DNA from: Lytechinus pictus
Lineage: Eukaryota
DNA length: 64,000 nt
NCBI RefSeq assembly: GCF_037042905.1
Contig: NC_087245.1
Coordinates: 29,948,001 to 30,012,000, forward strand
Direction of reading: 5' to 3'
Made by a program: the position numbers and the translations under genes. Below are positions 12,901 through 24,900 of the stretch, piece by piece. The number at the start of each line of letters is the position of its first letter. Position 1 is the first letter of the stretch. A model generated the notes under the pieces. The model did no database searches, was not told the origin of the DNA, and worked only from the letters and a program-made list of their open reading frames with translations.

Positions 12901-15900
12901 CGAGTTTGCATTGAACACTGGATCACCGCAATCTGAAACTCTCGCTCTACCGCCAGAGCTATTTCTCCTCTATAATGTATTCGTATTCATTCTTGGGTGT
13001 GTTGTAGTCTAGTGGCTCTGAACCGTTGAAACTGAGGGTGATGAGTTTGAATCCCAGCCATGGCATATTCTCTTTTCACAAGAAAATTTTCCGTATTGTG
13101 GCGCACTCCAACCAAGTGAAGTGAATAGGTACCAGGGGGTGTTTCACGAAGATTTAAGTATGACTTAAGTCACACTTAAATCCAACACGTACATGATATG
13201 CAACGCAAACTTATTGATAGATGTGCAGTAGTGTGCGTCCTCATGACACGATCTGACCAATGTGGTCAAGCCTTTCATACCGTACGTAACTCTGTATTTA
13301 AAAGCGACTCTTAGTCATACTTAATTCTTTGTGAAACACCCCCCCCCCGTATGATTGCCTGTCTGAATGCACTGAGTTTTGCTTGATAAAGTGGTAGCTC
13401 AAGCTCAAGGCGGGGGTAATAATAGTTTGCGTTGTATCCTCTGGCAAAAAGATCTTTAAAAATCAAGAAATTATTATCATCATTTATCTTTGTAGCTACA
13501 AGTCCTGGGATGCTGCTGTCCAGTGCCTCTCAGTTCTTGATGTCTTGATGAGCTTTGCTGATTATAGCCAGTCTGCAGATGGCAACATGTGTAGACCCGA
13601 CATCATACTGCCCTCTGAGAGTGACCAGGTATTTCGCCAAGTCGCAATCTTTTGCGTCACTGACTTTGCGCCTTATTAAAAAAATTGCTTCTATTGGCTT
13701 TTACTAATAATAATGATAATGACAATAATAATTATTACAATTAATAATAATAATGATAATGACAATGATAATAGTAATATTTAAAAAATAGTAGTGACAT
13801 TAATAATAATAATAAAAATAATATTAATAATAATAAAAAAAAAAAAATAGTATTACTGCTACTACTACTACTACTACTACTAATCACAATGTCAAACGCT
13901 TAGAATCACCGAGTATTATGCGCTATATAAATGTAATATTATTTTGATCTGAGAAAACCTTAAGTCTCTTGAATATGAATAATATGTTTCATTTGTTCAT
14001 ATCATGTCTATCTTTTTTACAGCCGTACATCGCTATTGTAGAAGGGCGTCATCCTTGCATAGCACATACCTTCGCTGGAGGGGACTACATCCCTAACGAC
14101 ACATTTATAGGCATTAAAAATGTAAGAATACTCTTGCGATAAATTTTTTTTTGAAATCTCTTGTCTTGTTAGACCAATCTAAGATGTTTCTTGCTCGAAT
14201 TAACTAGTAGAAACCCACATGTAAACTTTTTTATTGGAATGTGATGGTTATGTTTATTCAAGGAACACTTTCAATACCTATCATATTTTCTAGCACTCTT
14301 GGACAGTATCATTAATTATTACCTAGACAAGGTGTTTTGGCAGCTAAATAAAGTAGTTGTAATTCGCACGCTATTTTCAATCTGAGACCAAGGTGGTAAA
14401 CATTTTACCACGTTGCCCTCTTCCGGGTTTTTCTCATCGGGATACTGTACAAAAATAGAGAGCAACTTTTGCCATATTCTTGCAAGTGCAATATTCATGA
14501 GTCTGGTTGGAACCAGTTGTGTTATTTAATGCGCAATCTGATTGATGGAAACACGGTAGTGGGCATCCTGTTCGCATAAACTGACCAATGCGGTGATGCG
14601 TTATATACTGTACACAACTGAAATTTAGATAATATAATTCTCAGTCACAAATGTTAGTGAACACCCCTCCCCGGATTTGGAACTTGCCCCAACGTTATTG
14701 AAATAATTATTCTCTTCTCAGGAGAATGAGATGGATGATGGAGAGGGTAACCATGGCAACAGCAGCTGTATCCTGGTGACGGGACCCAACATGGGTGGCA
14801 AGTCAACCCTGATGAGACAGGCGGGGCTGATTGTCGTCATGGCGCAGCTTGGATGCTACGTCCCTGCAGAGGGTTGTAGACTGACACCGGTAGACAGGGT
14901 CTTTACAAGGCTTGGTGCAAGAGATAACATTTTATCAGGTGAGTAGTTGACAGCTTTAAAGGGGAATCCAACCCAAATAAAAACTTGCTTTTATAAGAAA
15001 AAGAAAAATCAGACAAGTTGATAGGTGAAAGTTTGAACAATATTGGACAAACAACAAGAAAGTTATGAATTTTTAAAAGTTGTAAATATTGGTAATCACT
15101 ATACCCATGGAGACTACAAATTGGCCGCATATGGGATGTCATAATGATGTAAGGCAAGGACTACTCTTCCATGTACTCCAATAGATATTATGGTTAAAAT
15201 GTCATTTTTCCCAAAAGTTTTATTTCAAATTATATTTTTCTTTCATGAAGACATAAAACAATATACTACCTGGGTTATATTTAGATTATTGCCCAAGGGG
15301 AATGGGTACTTTGGAGAAAACCACAAATACCTGATAATAAAGTACATGGCCTATGGGAAAGTTGTCCTTGCCCCTTGTCATAATTTACTTGCCCAGTTGC
15401 CAATTTGAAATCTACATAGTATTAGTGATCTCAATTTTAAAGCAGCTATAACTTTCTTCTTGCTTGTCCGATTTCTTTCAAACTTTCACCATTCTGTTTA
15501 ATATATTTTTCTCCTTCCAAACCCATCATTCAATGGCCAAGGCTGGATTCCCCTTTAATAATTGCCCCCCCTCCTGTGTTCTGATCTTCATCATGGCACA
15601 GCTTGGATGCTTTGTCCCTGCAGAGGGTTGTAGATTGACACCGGTAGACAGGGTCTTTACAAGGCTTGGTGCAAGAGATAACATTTTATCAGGTGTGTAG
15701 TTGACAGCTTTAATAATTGCCCCCCCCCCCTCCTCCTCCTCCTGTGGTCTGATCTTCATCATGGCACAGCTTGGATGCTACGTCCCTGCAGAGGGTTGTA
15801 GATTGACACCAGTAAACAGGGTCTTTACAAGGCTTGGTGCAAGATATAAAATTTTATTAGGTGAGTAGTTGACAGCTTTAATAATTGCCCCTCCTTCCTC

Positions 15901-18900
15901 CTCCTGTGTTCTGATCTTCATCATGGCACAGCTTGGATGCTACGTCCCTGCAGAGGGTTGTAGATTGACACCAGTAAACAGGGTCTTTACAAGGCTTGGT
16001 GCAAGATACAAAATTTTATTAGGTGAGTAGTTGACAGCTTTAATAATTACCCCCCCTCCTGTGTTCTGATCTTCATCATGGCACAGCTTGGATGCTATGT
16101 CCCTGCAGAGGGTTGTAGATTGACACCGGTAGACAGGGTCTTTACAAGGCTTGGTGCAAGATATAAAATTTTATTAGGTGAGTAGTTGACAGCTTTAATA
16201 ATTGCCCCCCCCCTTCCTCCTCCTGTGTTCTTATCTTCATCATGGTATAGCTTGGATGCTACGTCCCTGCAGAGGGTTGTAGATTGACACCAGTAAACAG
16301 GGTCTTTACAAGGCTTGGTGCAAGATATAAAATTTTATTAGGTGAGTAGTTGACAGCTTTAATAATTACCCCCCCCCCCTCCTGTGTTCTGATCTTCATC
16401 ATGGCACAGCTTGGATGCTACATCCCTGCAGAGGGTTGTAGATTGACACCAGTAAACAGGGTCTTTACAAGGCTTGCTGCAAGAGATAATATACTATCAG
16501 GTAGGTACAATGTAGTTGGTAACTTTATGCCCCCCACCCCATCCTGGTCTCATTGTCATCATGGCACAGCTCAGTTGCTCCTTTCCCTATTTTAATTAGA
16601 TGGGTAATCATTTGTTCAATTTGTTCAATGATTGTTAGATGAAGACTTTATGTCAGCTTGCCTGGTATAGCAATCTGCAATATTTAACTGTAAGAAAGGA
16701 ACTACTGCACGGACCAGGTGACCGGACCTTGTACATGTAGGTTACATCAATCTACAATTGGGAAAGCTTCTGTTTTCTATTAAATTGTCTGCTTTAAACA
16801 TTCCTATCATTTGACAAACTGCCAAATCCCAACATCATTGACTACCGTAAGTAACGGACTATAAACCGCACCCGTGGATTAACCGTACCCCCAACTTTGG
16901 ACTAAAAAGAAAGAAAGAAAAAAAAAAAAAAAATCCTCACAGTTAAAGATTTCAAAGTATCCAAAGAGATTACCGGTATGCTGTTCTTGATCAATTCATC
17001 TACAAATGTTTGCAAGAAAGAAAGGTCCCGACAATATTGGCCACTTACTCACTCACTCACCTCACAGTCACAGTGTACACACACACAGCACTGCCGTTCT
17101 TGTACATTGCAAACTACGATACTGTACCAGTACATCTTATAAAATAATGATCTGTGTCTTTCCCGCCGTAGGAGGAAGAAACATTCACATTTCTTGCATC
17201 ACAAACTCACAATCACTTTCAGAATTTGTCTAGCATTCGATGTCTTAGCATGAATTTTGGATACGGGATTACAGGAAGGTTCAAGAAACAAAGAAATTGG
17301 CATTTTTTACAGTTGTTTTGACGGCTTCGTGCCGTCTCTCTCGTTGCGTGGTGTACATGGTATCTTATGAAAAGCAAACGGGAAAGAAAAAATAAGCTGC
17401 CGCGAAACGGGACTTTGGAGGGGATGGAGGGTAAAATGAATAGCGCCAGCTTAAGTCGCACTATAACCACAATACAACGTAAGCTAGCTCAGCTAACTCA
17501 AATCTCGTGCTCGCTCAGCTGTGACAAAATATTACCGAGTATGCTTGGCTTCTCTTTGAACTTAGCCAGGGAACTTCGCTGCTTTGAACCGAGAATAAAG
17601 TCGAAATTAGTGTCATGAAGGTGGGTGCGTTTGTTATGGACAATATTTGATAAGATAGTTAATAATCGCTTCTCATTACCCGCGGCTCATACCCCTCTAA
17701 ACGACATTGCCCTGGGCGGCTACGCCCGGCCACTCGATGTGTTGTGAACTGGCAGACGCCTTACACGTTCGGGAAGGGTTACGACGGGCTGGCTCAGACC
17801 CGTCACCGTGGATAAACCGCACCCCCGACTTTTGCTTCTATCCCGCCGAGAAAAAGGTGCGGTTAATAGACCGTTACTTACGGTAAACACTTTTTTACTA
17901 GCAGCAATTACCCGTGACAGCACAGGGGGTAGGAGTCACTTTTCTTTATCAAGGTATGTGTGCGTGTGTTTGTGGGGGGGGGGTGATATTCTTGTATGTT
18001 CAGCTAGACTGCCTATTCACACTGAAAGCCAAGCAGTTTATTGATGAAATATATTACACAACTGATTCATAGCAGACTTCTCTTTCAATATAGATAGGAA
18101 GTTCAATTAAGTTAAGCATCTTGGGTTGAACTGGAGAAAGAACTTCAATAATCATAGCAGAGTGAAATAAAATCGAACTATAAAATGGAAAAATGTATTA
18201 GAACATGGTGTATTCAGTAAGCAGTCAAGAGGCAATTATTGTGGTATAGAAATGTTATCATTACATGTATTTGGTTAGAAATAAATATGTAAGTACATTG
18301 CACATGTACCTTACAATGTACATTAGACTGCGGTTGTTTGTACTTTGTAAATTAAAAGTTGCTCAATCATGTATAAGTACAGCGGGATGTCGAAAAGAAG
18401 TGAGAGTAAGGGAAGGGGGGGGGGTGATAAATCAGTGGTCGGAAAAATGAGTCAGACAGACAGTGAGGAAAATGAGAGACAGACAATGGGAAAAAAATGA
18501 GAGAGGGAGGGAAAAATGCAAGAGACCCACACAGGGAAAATGAATGAGAGAGAGACAGACAGAAAGTGGGAAAAATGAGAGAGACAGTGGGGAAAATGAA
18601 TGTGAGAGACAGTGGGAAAATCAGAGAGATGAAGAGAGAGATAGAGAAATTATAAAGAATACAAAAGAGCGAGAAAGAGAGAAAAGGTTTTAAATGTTAA
18701 TTGTAATAAAAGATAAGATTTGTATGGCTTCCATGGGCTTTTAAAATGTTTTTTTAAGTAGCCTAGGCCTAGGGCTAGGCTATAGATTTCTAGATCTAGA
18801 GTCTTTTAAGTAACGTTAAAGGAGAATGAAACTCTTGGAGCAAGTTAGCTTTTGTGAAAGCAGAAAAATCAAAGAATAAGATCAACAAAAGTTTGAGTAA

Positions 18901-21900
18901 AATAGGACTAGCAATAGAAGAGTTATGAGCATTTGAATGTCGAGATCACTAATGCTATGGAGATCCTCCAATTGGCAATGCGACCAAGATCTATGATGTC
19001 ACAGATGAACAACTCTCCCCTTTTGGACACTGAAAATATACCCCAAAACATCTCTTTTTGCTCATTCTAATCATATATGACCAACAATTCATCAATGATA
19101 TAATGTTGTGAAACCTCTGTACTTGTCCTCTCATAAAGAGAACACCTCACCTTGTAATAGACTCTATAAAAGTGAGAATACAAGTGAAATAAGTACTAAA
19201 GTAATGAGGGAGTTGTACGTGTGTGACATCACAGATCTTGGTCGCATTGCCAACAGGAGGATCTAGATGGCATTAGTGATCTCAATTTTCAAATGCTCAT
19301 AACTTTCTTATTATTTATTCAATCTTCCTCAAACTTTCAACAATATGTTTCTTTGATTTTTCTCTTTGATATGGATTCAGTTGGTTTCAAGGGTTTCATT
19401 CTCCTTTAAGTTCTCTCGGCCTAGAGTCTACTGTAGGCTTGATCTATAATCTAAGTTAGATCTAACTCTAGCTGTTAGAACTATTCTGAATTTGAACCCT
19501 CTCCCATACAAAATTGAAAAAAAAAGTTTTGTATGGTACTCTGTACTACATCAGCCAAACAAATTTATTATACGTTAGAATTACAGAATAGGGCTTCACT
19601 GCAGAATCATTCACAATAAAATAAATAAATCGGTTTGTCAGAAAGTCGTACTCATGGTCAATGGTAACCACTGAGGACCCTTGGGGGGGATACTCGACCC
19701 AAAAATTGGTAGGTGTGTGCCGCGGGCGAGACAAAAACCGGGGGCCTTGGAGCGGACTTATTGTAAAAAGGAGGGTCCTCGGAACAGGCTTCGGAACTAC
19801 AAATGCTTGTGAAATGGGGGTCCTTGGAACGGGTCGCTTGCGTGTGCATCCCTATGGAACGGGCATACGTGTATGCAGCTAGCCCAGCGGCACGGGCGCC
19901 GGGTGTGCTCGCGCAGAGGCGATGGTCGGACAGCGCTCATCGGCTGCTTTTCACCAAAATTGCAGCTCATTGTGGCGGATCAATGCGACTGGAACGGCGT
20001 AACGAAAAATATGCGAAGCTTTGGAGTGGATTTCTTTCTTCTTTTCTCTCGATAAGAAGAAAATGCTATGCTTCGGAGCGGCTTTCTTACTTCTTTTTCT
20101 TAATAAGATGAAAATGCTATGCCCTGGAACGGAAATTTGAGTGTAAAAATGGGGGTCCCTTCCGTGGCACATACCCAATATGCATTATATACTGAGTGCC
20201 CCCCCCCCCCGGCCGATAGGGTATATTGTTTAGGTTTGTTTCAGCAGCACATGCATGCAGTCAGTGCATACCGTACCATACCCGGTCGGCATGATTGCAT
20301 GCATGCATTGTATTTCGCTGACCCGAGAGAGGTAAAAGGGACTGGGAACTTCGAAGCTATATTCAGGGCTGCGAAAAGGAATGCAAAAGAGTTAGGAATT
20401 GTAAAAAAACTTTAAATAATGCGACCAAAATAACACAAACAAAATACCACAAACAACCCCTCCATGACAATCTGCGAACAATATAACTATGTTTAGAAAA
20501 AATTCCAGCTCGAGTGGAAAACCACGGAGAAAAGCGCCGTCAAACAAACTTGAAGGACACATGATTAGCTAAATTATAGTAAGGATTCTCTAAATGGGAT
20601 AACAAGCAAGTTTTGAAATAGCATAAAAAAATCATGTGCATCTCAATGACCTTCATCTGCTTATGCTCAAATTGTAATTACGAAATGGTTTATTGACAAC
20701 ATGTTGATAGTTGTATGATTATTTTGATCTTACAAAGAGTAATGATAATAAATGATGAATGCAATTTTTCTTAAAATATTAGAATGCATAAAAATAAAAA
20801 CATTTCTTTGCACCTCATTGAAGTCCCTCTTTACTGTGCCATTCTTATGATGATGACACTAAATAAAACTTTAATTACATAGGTTATGTAGATTCATATC
20901 AATGATTGGTCTTTATATTCCCTTAGGTAATGTCTATCACTGCTTTTTGTGTAATCAGTTGGTTTGCTTGATGTCCACACTAGTGTGTACGTGTAGTTTT
21001 TCTATTATGACATATACAGATCAGAGCTGGAGCAAGCATTGTGTGTAAGTTTATCACAAAGCTTAATGCGGACCCTGATGGACAATTTTCATAGACTATA
21101 TAATATAACATATTTGCCTGGTTTGTCTGTGATAAATATTCCAACTCCCCTACGAAGCTAGAATTTATTCGCTGGCAAAATTTTTCCCTTAATGCTGTGT
21201 GCTTGGGGCAAAATATAATCCTTTTTGAAAAAATGTAGTATACCTCCATTGGGAAAATTAACTGTTATATTAAACCACTAGGTGGGCAATATCTGTAATA
21301 TTGAACATTTTGTTTTCTGTCAGGTGAGAGCACCTTCTTTGTGGAGCTCAGTGAGACGGCCAGCATCCTCAAACACGCCTCCAAGCATTCCCTCGTTCTC
21401 ATGGACGAGTTAGGGCGGGGCACGGCAACGTACGACGGCACAGCCATAGCAACGGCCGTTGTGAAGGAACTTTCCGAGGTGGTTGGATGTAGGACACTCT
21501 TCTCAACCCACTATCATTCCCTAGTGGAAGACTTCTCTCATGACCCGAACATCAGGCTAGGTCACATGGTACGTCATGTGATTAGTTAATTTGTGCATTT
21601 CATAATACATGCTTTACCAACAGTCATTATCATGAGAGGCTTGTCGGGCAACCACCTTTTCCTAAGACATACAAGATAGCACTGACCACGAGTAAGAAAT
21701 GAAAATTTTAGAAATTTGAACTGAATGGTGAATCCCAAGCGTAGGGAAGATAATAAGCTTTATCAGTAGAACAGCCAGCGAGTTCCCTAGAAAATTGTTG
21801 TGTTAAATGAGATTGTACTCACTTTGAAAGAGAAACACTGATACATGCATGGTTTGACTATAATAAGGGTGCAATTTGAGCAAATGTATTAAGAAAAACA

Positions 21901-24900
21901 CAAGTTAACCCTTGGTACAATTTTGATTTTTCTGCCTCCACCCTCGGGAGGGGGTGGGGGGGGGGGGCTAGATGTATTATGTAGTTATTCTAATGACTTT
22001 TTGATGGATTTACTTTAAAATTTGCTCTCTTATTCATATTGGAAGAAACTCCTGGGTTGCAAGGTCAAAGATTGAAGAGGTTGTTGTTGAAATAAAATGG
22101 TTTGTTGGTGTAATTTGGTTAGTGAAGTTTAATAAGAACTAGGCCAAGAGCATTAGGTTTAACATGGAAATTTTTGGTAACAAGCTGATTTTTTCAGGAT
22201 AGGTCTAGAAATATGTCTAGAATAACATACTAAAAGTCCTCATATATCCTTGAGGGTTTTCCGTAATCCAAGATGGCGTCCAAAATGGCCGCCATTCACA
22301 GAAAATGGTCATTACTCACTCATTATTCACCCTAGACATCAAATTTTGGTGCATATTTCATGGTTTATAAAAAAGGGGGTAAAAAGAGCTCTTGATACAG
22401 GTTAGAGTAACGTAAGCAGACCAGTATTCCTAAAAATCCAAGATGGCATCTGAAATGGCGCCAAAGCCTAAAAATCCACAATTCATCTATTATGTTAGTA
22501 TCTTTAATTTAATTTCTATTCAGTGGTGTTCAGGGTCAAGTAGTACATCGGGACAAGTTACAAGGGCAGTCGGTGGTCAAGTATGTCCAAAATTCGAAGA
22601 TTCCTTCCAAAAATGGGGTCTAAAATGGCTGCTATTACTTACAAATGGACAGTACATTCAATATCTGCCTGGGATATATGATTGTGGTATCTAAACCATG
22701 GTTTAAAGGGTCAGATAATACATAAGGACAGCTTAAAAGGACAGTCAGTGGTCCAGTATGTCCGAAAATCCAAGATGGCTTCCAAAGATGGTGTCTTAAA
22801 TTGACTGCTGTTACTGAAAAATTGACATAAAATAAAAAACAGCTTGTAAAAATGGAGTCTAAAAGTGACATAGTTAATCTATTATCTGCCTGGGAGATGA
22901 TATTTTGGGGTCTAAAACATTGGTTAAAGGGTAAAATCATGCATAAGGACAAGTTAAAATGACATTGCGTGGTTCAGTATGTCATAAAATCTAACATGGC
23001 TTCCAAAAATGGAGTCTAAAATTGATGTTTTTACTTTATGGACATAGTTCATTATTTTGATATCTGCCTGGGATATATGATTTTGGTGTCTTAACCATTC
23101 TCTAAAGCGTCAAATAATATATTAAGAAAGTTCAAAGGACAGTCAGTGGTCCTGTATGTCCAAAAATCCAAGATGGCTTCCAAAAATGGAGTCTAAATTG
23201 ACTGCTGTTACTTAAAAGACATACTTCATTAAAATCCAACTGAGAGATATTATTGTGGTTTTTTTTTGTGGTTTGAAGGGTCAAATAATACATTAGGAAA
23301 AGTTAAAGGACAGTCAGTGGTCCAGTTCCAAGAATTGAAGACAGCTTCTAAGAATGGAGTCTAAAATGGCTGTTGCTACATACAAATGGATATAGTTCAT
23401 TTAATATCTGCCTGGCAGATATGATTTTGGTGCATATACCATGGTTTATAGAGTCAAATGATATATTGGCACAAGTCACAAGGACAGCCAGTCGGTGGTC
23501 CAGTATGTCCAAAAATTCAAGATGGCTTCCAAAAATAAAATCTAAATTGACTGCCGTGACTGAAAAAATTGCATAATTATTAAAAATCCACCTTTGAGAT
23601 ATGATTTTGGTGTCTATACTATGTTTTCAAGAGTAAAATAATATTTTGGGACTGTTAACAATTATGTTGTTGTCCATTTTGCCCAAAAAATCCCAGATGG
23701 CTTCTAAAATGGTGTCTTAATGACTCCCATCATTTAAAAATAGTGTTAATTCATACAATATCCATCTGTGAGGAATGATTGCAGTGTCAACGCTTAAATG
23801 CATTGGGGAAAACTGATCCTATGGCTATGGTTTTAGGAGTAGGTAACAGCAGGCATTTTGCAATAATATTACCCCCTTGGATTTTTGCACATAATGAAAA
23901 GCTGAACATCCTTGTTACTTGTCCTATATTTGCCAATTTATTTCTCACAGGTGGATATGAAGTATGACCGTTTTTAAGTGATAGGAGTTTCACACCATTT
24001 TGGAAGCCCTGTTGGATTTTCATGCAAAATGGACAATTGCATATCATTGTGAGGAGTCCCGAAGTATTATTTGACCCCTGAAACTATAGACACCAAAATA
24101 TTATCTCTCACGCGGATTTAAATTTAACTAATGTCCCTTTGTAAGTAATAGCAGCCAATTTAGACTCCATTTTTGGCAGCCATCTTGGATTTTTGGACAT
24201 ACTGGACCACTGAGTGTCCTTTATTTTCTCCTAATGTATTATTTGACCCTTTAAACCATGGTTTGGACAACTAACTATTATCTCCCAGGCAGATATTAAA
24301 TTAACTACATTGTATGTCAATTTGGTTGTAACAACAGCCATTTTAGACTCCATTTTTACAAGCCGTCTTCAATTTTTTGACATACTGGACAACTGGCTGT
24401 CCTTTTTACTTGTCCTAATGTATTATTTGACCCTTTAAACCACACTATAGACACCATATTCATATCTCTCTGGTGGATTTTTAATGAAGTATGCCAATGT
24501 TTCAATAACAGTAGTCAATTTATACTCCATTTTTGGAAGCCATCTTGGATTTCTGGACATACTGGACCACTGCATGTCCTTGTAACCTGTCCTAATATAT
24601 TATTTGACCCTTTAAACAATGTTTTAGACACCAAAATATTATCTCCCAGGCAGATATTAAATGAAATATGTCAATTTTAGACTCCATTTTTGCAAGCCGT
24701 CTTCGATTTTTATGTCAATTTTCAGTAACAGCAATCAATTTAGACTCCATTTTTGGAAGTCATCTGGGATTTGTGGACATACTGAGTGTCCTTGTAAGTT
24801 GTCCAAATGTACTACTTAACCTTTAAAACCATTGAATGTAAACAAAATTAAAGATACTAACATAAGTAATAGATGAATTGTGGATTTTTAGGCTTTGGCG

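Noticed and set aside
15464..16595. ORFs with MSH-like peptide suggesting a second MutS paralog or mutually exclusive exons
   Set aside because: They copy only the 3' half of one exon, lack Walker A and have incompatible phase, so they cannot replace the real exon.
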